From IMG/VR virus record IMGVR_UViG_3300028531_000001, positions 1 to 64,000 of that record: a stretch of 64,000 bases of DNA, one strand, 5' to 3'. A program made the translations under genes and the position numbers. Below the pieces are notes generated by a model. The model searched no databases, was not told the origin of the DNA, and was given only the letters and a program-made list of their open reading frames with translations. Origin of the DNA: a virus (lineage: Duplodnaviria > Caudoviricetes). Positions 27,321 to 35,876 of this stretch are shown here, one piece after another (position 1 is the stretch's first letter; every line of letters starts with the position of its first letter).

Positions 27321-27669
27321 CGGCTCCGGCCTCCGATGAATGTTCCGCCCGAAGCACCTGGATTGCGTCAGCAAAGGTGAACCAGCGAAGCCGGTCGTAT
27401 TCGATCGTTGCGGAGTCGCCGTCGTCTCGGTCCTGAGAAGGCATTCTCTGGACAACGACATTAGCGGGACCAGATGTGTCGCGCGTGATCCCGTACGGGC
27501 CAGTCCTGCCACGCCCAACGCAGAGAACCGTCCCCTCGCTGAACAAAAGAAGCGTGCCCGGATCGCGATGCGGCTCCCTGCTATCGAGGCAGATCTCGGC
27601 AAACGTGGTCTCGCGATCTTCGGAGACCACGGACAAGACGCCGCTGCTGATGAAGATTAGGAGTTTCAA
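27310..27669 (-). CDS. Hypothetical protein
   Basis: 119 aa, coupled to neighbours, TTG start. Confidence 0.45.
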   Translation of the reverse strand: MKLLIFISSGVLSVVSEDRETTFAEICLDSREPHRDPGTLLLFSEGTVLCVGRGRTGPYGITRDTSGPANVVVQRMPSQDRDDGDSATIEYDRLRWFTFADAIQVLRAEHSSEAGADAT

Positions 27670-27890
27670 ACTTCAGCTCCAATGTTTTCGGTGTGTGCGA
27701 AGCAGGGATTCAAGCCATCGTTAAACGCCCAGATAACAAGATCAGCTTCCGCTCCACCCGGCTGATCGCTGAAATACATCAGGTTGCCCGAGAATCGCTT
27801 GACAAATACGAACTTTGGATTCGCTTTGCTGCCAACGGCACTCGGGTCATACAGGAGTCGCTCGCCCACTTTAGGCTTTCGAGTAAGCAT
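27666..27890 (-). CDS. Hypothetical protein (small beta domain)
   Basis: 74 aa, SD AAGGAG. Confidence 0.55.
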   Translation of the reverse strand: MLTRKPKVGERLLYDPSAVGSKANPKFVFVKRFSGNLMYFSDQPGGAEADLVIWAFNDGLNPCFAHTENIGAEV

Positions 27891-27940
27891 TCACTTGACT
27901 CCTTTCCTTGACCTGATAGTAAACTTCGCAACCTTGCTGC

Positions 27941-28228
27941 TCACTTCTCGCCCCCTTCCTTGACCACCGTCAGATCCTTCTCGCCCGTCAGCACCCACCG
28001 GCCGGTCTCCGCATCCCACGTCGCGGGGCTGCCTCCGATCCCTGTCGGCCCATTCTCCGCGCCGATCCCGACCACCGGATACCTCGGCCCGGTGAACCGA
28101 TAGCCGTCCGCATAGACGAGGTAGGCCAGGCTGCACAGGGTAGCCACCACGACCGCCGCCAGGCCGTAGTTCCGAACCCTCAGGCCGGCGCCCGATCCGC
28201 CCTCGCTGATCCCATTCGAGTCAGTCAT
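27941..28228 (-). CDS. Single-TM hypothetical protein
   Basis: 'YGLAAVVVATLCSLAYLVYA' TM segment. Confidence 0.5.
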   Translation of the reverse strand: MTDSNGISEGGSGAGLRVRNYGLAAVVVATLCSLAYLVYADGYRFTGPRYPVVGIGAENGPTGIGGSPATWDAETGRWVLTGEKDLTVVKEGGEK

Positions 28229-28461
28229 CCCAGCCAACTCCCATCCCAAAAGCGCGCGGACCTGCCCTGCGGCCCGAGCCACGCCACGCCCCATGTCGGA
28301 CCCCGGAAACGCCCGGGACCCTCCCCATTCCTCATAGCCCAGAACTTCGATACGATTCGATTCGTCGGAACGGACGGAATATTCTAACGCTTATGTTGTG
28401 AAAACAAGTTCAAGTCTCAAGTTCGGCGCGATTCGGAGTTTTTCTCGCCCAGGTCCTCCGG

Positions 28462-28746
28462 TCAATTCCTCGCCGCAATCCTGTCCTGCCCCGCCTCGCT
28501 CTCTCCTTCATCCAGGCTCGCCAGCCACAGCCTCGCCGGCATCCGGAACGGCACCGGCTTCGCGTTCACGACCTTGAACCACCGCCACTCGAAGCACCTC
28601 CTCACCTTGAACACCCGGCCCTCGTGCGGCCTGAGGACCGACTCAAGCCGGTCCCCGATCTCGGCCAATTGACACGCCGCCTGCTGGCCCGACTCGATCA
28701 TCTCAAGCAGCTTCGTCGCATGGGCGACCAGTTCCGCGTTCGTCAC
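28462..28746 (-). CDS. Hypothetical protein
   Basis: GTG start, 94 aa, GC3 bias. Confidence 0.5.
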   Translation of the reverse strand: MTNAELVAHATKLLEMIESGQQAACQLAEIGDRLESVLRPHEGRVFKVRRCFEWRWFKVVNAKPVPFRMPARLWLASLDEGESEAGQDRIAARN

Positions 28747-28975
28747 TTCGTTCGCTCCCCTCGCGCCTTCGGTCCCCGTGCTTCTCCGTCCGCTTCTGTT
28801 CCAGTTGCTCCCTGGCGAGCCGGGCATCCTCGGTCTCGCCCGGCTCGCCGTCCGCCATGAATGCCAATGTGCCCACCACGACCCCGCCCACGATGATCGG
28901 GCCCCACACCACGAGGAACACGATCACGACGATCTGCTGCGGTAGAGTCAGTTCCACGTCCAAGCTCCGTCCCAT
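28703..28975 (-). CDS. Membrane protein
   Basis: 'IVVIVFLVVWGPIIVGGVVVGTLAF' hydrophobic stretch plus charged tail. Confidence 0.55.
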   Translation of the reverse strand: MGRSLDVELTLPQQIVVIVFLVVWGPIIVGGVVVGTLAFMADGEPGETEDARLAREQLEQKRTEKHGDRRREGSERSDERGTGRPCDEAA

Positions 28976-29053
28976 GAGATGGCCAGGTTCGTCGCGCACC
29001 TTCCACGCGGCCGGGCGAGCATGGGCCCCGCCCGGCGTCCCGCACTCGCCGGA

Positions 29054-29668
29054 TCAGACCCGGCCCAATCGCAGTTCCAGTTCGTCTTCCAGCACGTCGC
29101 CCGGCATGCAATCCATCAGCCAGGCGTCTTCCTCGGCTTCGACCCGGGCCCAATACTCGGCCGCGGTCAGCGTGCGGCCTTCCAGGTACGCGAGGCGGTC
29201 TTCCTCGGACAGGCCCGGGCCATGCGAGGCGGCGGGCTTCCGGTGTGCGGCCTTGTTCCGCTCGAGTTTCCGGACGAACCCGCCGAGGAAATCGGCGAAC
29301 TCGGCGGCGGTCATGTCCCGCGTCAGTTTCGAGGGGCGATCGGCCGTCTCGGGCGAGTAGGCCAGGCCGGACAGGTCGAAGGCGGGGCCCATGTCCGAGA
29401 TACGGCCGAAGTGCGGGGCGGGGGCCTCGTGGGCGGCGTCGACCCGAAGGGCGGGGGAGGGCTCGACCTCGGTGGCTACCTCGACGGCCTCGGCCTGCTC
29501 GACCTCGGCGAAGTATTCCTCGATCCCGTGGCCGAAGTGGGGGAGGCGGTCCCGGTAGTTGCCGCCGTCGAACAGGACCTTCGAGGTGGAGGTGATCTGG
29601 CGGGCCGCGTGGATGGCTTCGGTGGAGGCGGACTTGACGCGGCCGGTGCGTGCGAAGATAGTGCTCAT
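29054..29668 (-). CDS. Hypothetical protein, first gene of leftward operon B
   Basis: 204 aa, GC3 bias, downstream of a consensus promoter. Confidence 0.7.
   Translation of the reverse strand: MSTIFARTGRVKSASTEAIHAARQITSTSKVLFDGGNYRDRLPHFGHGIEEYFAEVEQAEAVEVATEVEPSPALRVDAAHEAPAPHFGRISDMGPAFDLSGLAYSPETADRPSKLTRDMTAAEFADFLGGFVRKLERNKAAHRKPAASHGPGLSEEDRLAYLEGRTLTAAEYWARVEAEEDAWLMDCMPGDVLEDELELRLGRV
29634..29662 (+). promoter_or_regulatory. Predicted antisense sigma70-type promoter inside the first codons of 29054..29668
   Basis: TTGACG-17 nt-GATAGT. Confidence 0.55.
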
Positions 29669-29747
29669 AGACCTGCTCCCACTTATCCTGGGGGTCTGGT
29701 TCAGGCCCGGTTAGGAGTTGGCGCTCCTGGCCGGGCCGTTTGTTTTT
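29669..29747 (+). ncRNA. Predicted cis-antisense sRNA B (homolog of sRNA A)
   Basis: Starts AGACCTG; AGACC/GGTCT hairpin, then hairpin 29704-29737 plus TTTGTTTTT. Confidence 0.6.
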
Positions 29748-29772
29748 GAGGGCTTTCGCTCTCGACAATCAG

Positions 29773-29801
29773 ATAGTACGCCGCATTTCTGGTGATGTCA
29801 A
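29773..29801 (-). promoter_or_regulatory. Sigma70-type promoter of leftward operon B
   Basis: TTGACA-17 nt-TACTAT on the minus strand. Confidence 0.8.
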
Positions 29802-29928
29802 TATTCTGTGTCAGAAATAAATTTTGAACGCCACTCTTATTGACCCGGTGGTATCATGTCTTTGATGTTGTCGAGAACTTGGGTGAGCACTAAATTTCAT
29901 CCCTGAACCGAATCGCGAGGGTCCTGAA

Positions 29929-30153
29929 TTGAGGCTTCAAGTGAAAAAGGGTAGGGGGCGACCGAAGAAACCGACAGGCGAAGGCATTCAGGTCCGGATC
30001 GACTCCGACCTTGTCAGGAAGGCTAAGTTCTTAGCTGCCCTAGAGAACATGGAGCCTGCCGCCTACATTAGTCATCTCTTAAGGCCGGCCGTAGAGCAGG
30101 CATTCAAAAAGGCCGGCAGGGAATTTATCGAGGACGCCCAACCAGAGGAGTAA
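29929..30153 (+). CDS. RHH-like regulator with AT-hook-like KKGRGRPKK (start 29929 TTG or 29941 GTG)
   Basis: 'IQVRIDSDLVRKAKFLAALE...ISHLLRPAV' pattern; divergent from operon B. Confidence 0.6.
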   Translation: MRLQVKKGRGRPKKPTGEGIQVRIDSDLVRKAKFLAALENMEPAAYISHLLRPAVEQAFKKAGREFIEDAQPEE

Positions 30154-30265
30154 TTTGCAACTTGCAAATAACCCCGGAACCATCCGCCTCGTTCAGTCTT
30201 TTGCAAGTTGCAAATAACCACCGCCGGGCCTGACCGGCACAGCCCTCTTTTGCAAGTTGCAAATA
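30153..30265. repeat. Three parS-like 15-bp palindromes TTTGCAA(C/G)TTGCAAA
   Basis: Copies at 30154, 30200 and 30249, each followed by TA, directly upstream of parA. Confidence 0.85.
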
Positions 30266-30343
30266 GGCCGAGTCGACTCCAGACGCCAGCGACCAACCGC
30301 CGATCCTCTCTAATGCCCCAATGACGGGGCAGGGGAGGATCGC

Positions 30344-31135
30344 ATGCGTTCGATCGTGCTGCTGAATCAGAAGGGCGGGGTCGGCAAGACCTCGACCTGC
30401 CACCATCTCGCGGGGACGCTGGCCAAGCGGGGCCGGCGCGTCCTCTGCCTGGACGTCGATCCCCAGGCCAGCCTGACGCAGGGCTTCTTCGGGCCCGAGT
30501 GGACCCGGTCGCTCGACCCGTCGCGGTCGATCGCGGCGTACTACACCGAGGAAGGATTCGACCCGTCGATCCCGATGGCGGTCGAGACGCCGGTGCAGGG
30601 GGTCTCCATCATCCCCGGCTCGGCCCGCCTGAACTCGTTCAACCTGCCGGACCCCGAGGGCGACCACCGGCAGTTCGTCCTGCGCGAGGCCCTGGCGGAC
30701 CTGGAAGGCCAGTACGACGACGTGCTGATCGACTGCCCGCCCAATCTCTGCTTGTGCTCGTGGTCGGCCCTGGCGGCGGCGGACGGGGTCATCGTTCCGC
30801 TCCAGGCCGAGGACTACGGCGCGCAAGGGATTTTCGCGATCACCGGCGCGATCGAGGCCGCCCGCCAGCAGGTCAACGCCTCGCTGGAGCTCTACGGCTT
30901 CCTGATCACGATGTACAACAAGGCCCTGTCGATCCACGTCGCCTACGCGAGCCAGCTCCGCGACCTCTACGGGGCGAAGGTCTTCGCCACCGAGATCCCG
31001 CTGGCCAAGGACTTCAAGGAGGCCGTCGCCAGCCGCCTGCCGATCTCGCACTACAAGCCGAAGTCCGCACCGGCCAGGACGCTGGCAGCCCTGGCCGCGG
31101 AGCTCGACGCGCTGACCATGACGGAGGCCGCGTGA
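30344..31135 (+). CDS. parA: ParA family partition ATPase
   Basis: Deviant Walker A KGGVGKTS, DVDPQASLT, LIDCPP. Confidence 0.95.
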   Translation: MRSIVLLNQKGGVGKTSTCHHLAGTLAKRGRRVLCLDVDPQASLTQGFFGPEWTRSLDPSRSIAAYYTEEGFDPSIPMAVETPVQGVSIIPGSARLNSFNLPDPEGDHRQFVLREALADLEGQYDDVLIDCPPNLCLCSWSALAAADGVIVPLQAEDYGAQGIFAITGAIEAARQQVNASLELYGFLITMYNKALSIHVAYASQLRDLYGAKVFATEIPLAKDFKEAVASRLPISHYKPKSAPARTLAALAAELDALTMTEAA

Positions 31136-32040
31136 TGGCGAAGGGTGCCGACATGCTCCGCGCGAAATTCGGCGCGAACATGGCCGAGTCGATGGCCGCC
31201 AGCACGACCGCCCACGCCCCGCACATCATGCCGGGGGCCGGGTCCGCCCAGGAGAAGCAGGAGGGGACCAAGGCCCTCCGCGACGGGAAATTGATCGAGC
31301 TCCGGAAGATCATGCCCGACCCCGACCAGCCGCGCAAGGCGTTCGAGCCCGAGGAACTCGAGCGGCTCTCGTCGTCGATCCGGGACAGGGGGGTGCTCCA
31401 GCCGATCCGCGTCCGCTGGTCGGACGAGCACAGGATGTGGGTCATCATCGCGGGCGAGCGGAGGTATCGGGCCGCACGGATCGCGGGCCTGTCCGAGCTG
31501 CCGTGCGTGACGGTCCACGCCGAGCAGGACGCGGGCGAACTCCTGATCGACCAGCTGATCGAGAACTGCCTCCGCGAGGACCTCCAGCCGATCGAGCAGG
31601 CCAACGCGTTCAAGGCCCTCATGGACCGCAACGACTGGCCGGCCTCGCGCCTGGCGATCGAGTTGAACCTTTCGAACTCGATGGTCAGCCGGGCCCTGGC
31701 GCTCCTGAAGCTCGCCCCGGAACTCCAGGCGCAGGTGGACGCGGGCGAGTTGCCGGCATCGACCGCCGTGCAGATCGCGAGGGTCGAGGACCCCGCCGCC
31801 CAGGTCGAGCTCGCCGAACGGTCCAGGACCGAGAGCGTCAAGGCGATCAAGGCCGAGGTCGCGAGCGAGGCACCCAGGGGCAGGGGGCGCGTGGCCACCC
31901 GCATCACGATTTCCAGGGCATACGGCCAATCGACCCTAACCTACGCAGGTCCGGTGGGGGCATCTCGCCAGGAAGCGATCGAGGCCGCGAAGAAGTTCCT
32001 GAAGGACCTGGCGAAGGACCCGAAGCTGTCGGACGGCTGA
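31135..32040 (+). CDS. parB: ParB family partition protein
   Basis: PDPDQPRKAF, IAGERRYRAA CTP-binding motif, REDLQPIEQA, HTH. Confidence 0.95.
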   Translation: MAKGADMLRAKFGANMAESMAASTTAHAPHIMPGAGSAQEKQEGTKALRDGKLIELRKIMPDPDQPRKAFEPEELERLSSSIRDRGVLQPIRVRWSDEHRMWVIIAGERRYRAARIAGLSELPCVTVHAEQDAGELLIDQLIENCLREDLQPIEQANAFKALMDRNDWPASRLAIELNLSNSMVSRALALLKLAPELQAQVDAGELPASTAVQIARVEDPAAQVELAERSRTESVKAIKAEVASEAPRGRGRVATRITISRAYGQSTLTYAGPVGASRQEAIEAAKKFLKDLAKDPKLSDG

Positions 32041-32701
32041 CCATAGGGCCCCACTTCGACCGGTCGACCGCCGCGTCCTCGGGCGGCAACCCCGCCAGCG
32101 ACCTCCACAGCCCCCGCATCGGGTGTCCCGGCGGGTACTCCGCCAGCTTCGCCAGGGCCTCGGCCTTCTCCGCCTCGGGCATGGCGACCGACGCGGGCTC
32201 GGGCGGGGCCTGCGGTCCGGGGGGCTTCGCTTCCGTCTCCCCCCGGACCGGCCCGGGGCTCCCCAAGCCCACGGGGCCGGTTTCTCCTTTTCTCTTCCCT
32301 TGTGGATCTAATTCGGGTGCGAGCGATTTCACCCCGGGGGATGACGCCGATTTCACCCGGGGCGTGTCAGGAATTTCACCCCCCCTCCAAATGAGATAGA
32401 TCAGCCGGCCGCTGGCGAAACGGCCCGAGGCGTCGTCCTCGCGGCGGATGTGCCCGGCCTTCTCGAGCCGCGAGAGGCTCGACTGGATCGTCCGCTCGGA
32501 GCACCGGCCCATGCCGGCCAGGGTGCGGTTTCCCATCGAGGCCCAGTCCTTCGACCGGGCAAATCGGAGGATCGACGCCAGCGTCTGGATGTCCCGGGCC
32601 TTCAGCCTCGGGTCGTCCTGGACGTGATGGGGGACCGCCGAGAAGAACGGCACTTTCGGCTTGCTTCGCGCGGTCGGGCGCGTACAATCGACGTAGCTCA
32701 T
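31904..32701 (-). CDS. Winged-HTH plasmid-type replication initiator (putative); 3' end overlaps parB
   Basis: 'FSAVPHHVQDDPRLKARD...RTLAGMGRCSERTIQSSLSRLEKAGHIRR' HTH_36-like. Confidence 0.65.
   Translation of the reverse strand: MSYVDCTRPTARSKPKVPFFSAVPHHVQDDPRLKARDIQTLASILRFARSKDWASMGNRTLAGMGRCSERTIQSSLSRLEKAGHIRREDDASGRFASGRLIYLIWRGGEIPDTPRVKSASSPGVKSLAPELDPQGKRKGETGPVGLGSPGPVRGETEAKPPGPQAPPEPASVAMPEAEKAEALAKLAEYPPGHPMRGLWRSLAGLPPEDAAVDRSKWGPMVSRPTASGPSPGPSGTSSRPRSLPGEMPPPDLRRLGSIGRMPWKS
32325..32383. repeat. Three iteron-like ATTTCACCC repeats inside rep
   Basis: Copies at 32326, 32350 and 32373 (period 23-24). Confidence 0.6.
32661..32688 (+). promoter_or_regulatory. Predicted countertranscript promoter inside the 5' end of rep
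   Basis: TTGCTT-16 nt-TACAAT. Confidence 0.55.
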
Positions 32702-32805
32702 TGGGCCTGATTCCCGTTGAGTGCCACGCTCAGGCGGTGCGGGCAAGCACCGACCCCGAGCAAATCAATGCCCCGCGGACGCTGCAAACGTTCGCGGGGT
32801 TTTTT
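32695..32805 (+). ncRNA. Predicted countertranscribed RNA antisense to the rep leader
   Basis: Ends in CCCCGCGGACG-CTGCAAA-CGTTCGCGGGG-T6 (32771-32805). Confidence 0.55.
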
Positions 32806-33042
32806 CGTACCCTCATATCTATCGCGCCCGGTCTCAATTGGCAAGCTCCAGTAATACTGGAATCTCCGCCGACCGATGCGCGGTAATACCGAGGTCCCGA
32901 ATCCTATCCCGTAAACGCAAGGCTGCCGCGGCCTCCGCCGCTCGGTGCATGCGTTCAGTTTACTCGATCAGGCCGGCCGATCAAGGCCGATGATCCATTT
33001 TCTCACCTACAGTCTCAATTGCGACAATTCTGCATTTCCGCC

Positions 33043-33071
33043 TTGCTGGCGGGTGGGGCGGGGCCTATACT
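33043..33071 (+). promoter_or_regulatory. Sigma70-type promoter of the rightward early region
   Basis: TTGCTG-17 nt-TATACT. Confidence 0.75.
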
Positions 33072-33164
33072 GACTCATAACGAGGTGAGAAGATGTTGCC
33101 TGTCGTGCGAGCGGGGTGAGCGGAAAGCTCCCGCTCCCGGCGGGATACAGATGGATGGGCTCCC

Positions 33165-33932
33165 ATGAGCGATGCGCCGACCCTTGCCAGCCCCGACGAC
33201 ATCCCCTACGACCTGGCCTATGACGCCTATCGCCACACGAGCCATTTCCCAGAGGACCGGGCGGAGCGGGCCAGGGCGGATTACGCAGAGGCCGTGAACG
33301 GCTTCTACGCCGAGTGCTGGAGGAGATGCGTCTCGGACGAGCAGAGGGAGATCCTTGCGGCCGAGATGGCTGCTTACCGCGAAGCCTACCTGGCTAGACG
33401 CAAGGCCCTTCTGTCGGGCCAGTCCCGCCTCGTCTCGGCCCACATCGCCGGGCCGTCCAACTTCCCAGTGCGGCAGATGCGGAAGCGGTATGACGCGGAT
33501 CACAGCCGCACGATGGACTTCCTCGAGTGGGACCGCAAGGCCAGGGCCGCCATCCTTCGGAAGATCAAGGAGGCGAGGCCGGCGGAAGCGATCGAGAACG
33601 AGCGGGTACTTTCTTTCACGAGGGACATCGCCGACATCCTCGTATCGATCCACCACACCGACACGGGGAAGCACTACTCCGACCGCTCGTTGCTGGTGAG
33701 GTCGATCGCCAGCAAGACGAGGCGGCGGGCGATGGCGGGCGATGTCCGGGCCGTCGAGAAGGCCATCGAGATCGTCCAGGTCTACAACCGGAAGTATTCG
33801 CCGGCCGCTATCGCGGAGCGGCACAAATTCTGGGGCTTCGCCGACCTGGCCCGCGAGAAGGCCGGCCTCGTGTGTGCCGAAGCGGCAGAAGGGCACGCGC
33901 AAAGCGGGTTGGGCGCGCCGGATGAGCATTAA
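33165..33932 (+). CDS. Hypothetical phage/plasmid protein
   Basis: 255 aa helical; 'SAHIAGPSNFPVRQMRK' motif. Confidence 0.65.
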   Translation: MSDAPTLASPDDIPYDLAYDAYRHTSHFPEDRAERARADYAEAVNGFYAECWRRCVSDEQREILAAEMAAYREAYLARRKALLSGQSRLVSAHIAGPSNFPVRQMRKRYDADHSRTMDFLEWDRKARAAILRKIKEARPAEAIENERVLSFTRDIADILVSIHHTDTGKHYSDRSLLVRSIASKTRRRAMAGDVRAVEKAIEIVQVYNRKYSPAAIAERHKFWGFADLAREKAGLVCAEAAEGHAQSGLGAPDEH

Positions 33933-33974
33933 GCCGACCGAGGTCTGAATCCTTTCGCTCCCCGAGGTGAGAAA

Positions 33975-34307
33975 ATGATACCTCCGACGCAGGAACCCCC
34001 GATGACGCAGCAGCAGCAAGCCCCCGGACGATTCGGCCCCCTGGCCAACCTGTACTACCTGCTCTCGAGCGAGTCCCGGCTGGCCCTGCTCGAGCGGATG
34101 GCGAAGGGCGTGACCGCCCGGAGCGAACTGATCGACCTGGAGGGGATCGGCCAGTCCAGCACGGCCCACAACCTCGGGCACCTCCGCCGGGCCGGCCTGC
34201 TGCGGCGGTCGGTCGGGCAGGGGGGCGTCCGGTACGAGATCGTCGAGAGCCGCGTGCGGGAATTGATGGACCACCTGGGATCGCTGATCGGATCGAGCAC
34301 CAATTGA
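33975..34307 (+). CDS. ArsR-family wHTH regulator
   Basis: 'LSSESRLALL...QSSTAHNLGHLRRAGLL...VRYEI'. Confidence 0.75.
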   Translation: MIPPTQEPPMTQQQQAPGRFGPLANLYYLLSSESRLALLERMAKGVTARSELIDLEGIGQSSTAHNLGHLRRAGLLRRSVGQGGVRYEIVESRVRELMDHLGSLIGSSTN

Positions 34308-34319
34308 AGGGAGGCATTC

Positions 34320-34703
34320 ATGAAAGCCTGCTGCTTCTGCCAAGGACCGCTGCACCCCGATCCCGGCTTCGGGGTTTGCGAGGAATGCTCGGGGTCCATC
34401 CGCAAAGAGATGGTCTTCGAGGGCGATGAACCGAGCGAGCACGAGGACGAGCCGAAGGTCTGCGAGTGCAACGCCACCATCGATGAGGTGAACGTCGCCA
34501 AGCGATGCGGCTGCTGCAAATCTGAAGGATGCAGTGTGTGCCTGCCCCAAGGGGAGTGCGAGGAGTGTTTTGTCGAGAACGCTCAGGAGAGGGCTAAAGA
34601 GGAATACGAGAGTGACAAGTGGTCGATGAAGCGTGTCCTGGAAAAGAGACGGGCTTCGGTCCAACTCAAGCACCAAGAAGAACTGCAAAACGCCTTCAAA
34701 TAA
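34320..34703 (+). CDS. Cys-rich metal-binding protein
   Basis: 14 Cys in 127 aa (CCxC, CxxC, CxC, CxCC); SD GGAGG. Confidence 0.6.
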   Translation: MKACCFCQGPLHPDPGFGVCEECSGSIRKEMVFEGDEPSEHEDEPKVCECNATIDEVNVAKRCGCCKSEGCSVCLPQGECEECFVENAQERAKEEYESDKWSMKRVLEKRRASVQLKHQEELQNAFK

Positions 34704-34731
34704 TCATCCCCAACTGAGAAGGACACCATCC

Positions 34732-35868
34732 GTGGCGACCGCGACCGAAAGCCTGACCTTCCGCTGCAACCGGGCTCTGCTCCAGAGGGCCTTCGCCGAG
34801 ATCGTCGGCGTCGCCCCGTCGCGCAGCCCCAAGCCGATCCTCCAGAACATCAAGATGGCCGTCGGCCCCGATGGCGCATCCCTGATCGCGACCGACCTCG
34901 AAGTGGCGATCACCCGCGAGGTCTCGGGCGTGACGTCCGACCGGCCGGCGAGCCTGATCCTGCCCGCGGCGAAGGTCGGCCAGATCCTCCGGGCCAGCTC
35001 CGACGACGACCTGACGATCGACCTGGAAGACGGCAACCTGACGATCCGAGGGGCCCGGAGCAAATTCACGCTCCCCTCGAGCGACCCGGCCGAGTTCCCC
35101 GAGCCGCCCGCGTTCGACTCCGAAGACTTCGCCTCGATCCCGGCGGCGGACCTACGCCGGCTGATCCGGCGGACGACGTTTGCCACCGACGTCGAGAGCA
35201 CCCGATACGCACTGGGCGGGGTGCTGTTCGAGTTCGGCGACGGGACGCTGGCGGGGGTCGGGACCGACGGCCGGAGGCTGGCACGCGTCGTCGTCCCGTG
35301 CGAGGGGCAGGGGGGATTCACGCCGCCCGGGAAGGCCCCGGTCATCCCCACGAAGTGCCTGAACCTGCTCCTGAAGTCCCTGGAAGACACCGACCCGCCC
35401 GTGCACGTCCGCGTCGACGCCGACCGGTCGGTGATGTTCCGCACGCACAACGCGACCATCTACAGCCGCCTCGTCGAAGGCCGCTTCCCCCGCTACCAGG
35501 ACGTCTTCCCGGCCGAGGCGACCGCCGTCATCCCGGTCGGCGTCGGGCCGCTCCTGGCCGCCACGCAGCAGGCCATGATCGTCACCAGCGAGGAAAGCCG
35601 GGGCGTCGATTTCCGCTTCGACTGCGGCATGCTCTCGCTGTCCAGCCAGGCCCCCGATGCGGGGAGTTCGACGGTGGACCTGCCGATCGACTACGACGGC
35701 CAGGCGATCGAGATCACGTTCGACCCGCGGTATCTGATCGACGCGCTGAAGGTTTTGGATGAATCCGCGAATATCTCGGTCGAGCTGATCGACCACAAGA
35801 ACGCGGCCGTCTTCAGGACCGAGGACGATTACACCTATGTCGTCATGCCGCTGACGTCGCGGCGTTAG
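34732..35868 (+). CDS. dnaN: DNA polymerase III beta sliding clamp
   Basis: 'PKPILQNI..ATDLEV..STRYALGGV..GTDGRRLA..SRLVEGRFPRY..FDPRYLIDAL..YVVMPL'. Confidence 0.95.
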   Translation: MATATESLTFRCNRALLQRAFAEIVGVAPSRSPKPILQNIKMAVGPDGASLIATDLEVAITREVSGVTSDRPASLILPAAKVGQILRASSDDDLTIDLEDGNLTIRGARSKFTLPSSDPAEFPEPPAFDSEDFASIPAADLRRLIRRTTFATDVESTRYALGGVLFEFGDGTLAGVGTDGRRLARVVVPCEGQGGFTPPGKAPVIPTKCLNLLLKSLEDTDPPVHVRVDADRSVMFRTHNATIYSRLVEGRFPRYQDVFPAEATAVIPVGVGPLLAATQQAMIVTSEESRGVDFRFDCGMLSLSSQAPDAGSSTVDLPIDYDGQAIEITFDPRYLIDALKVLDESANISVELIDHKNAAVFRTEDDYTYVVMPLTSRR

Positions 35869-35876
35869 GAGGGGCC

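Noticed and set aside
30153-30265. Three palindromes with ~30-nt spacers resembling a CRISPR array
   Set aside because: Repeats only 15-17 bp and directly upstream of parAB; parS is the simpler reading
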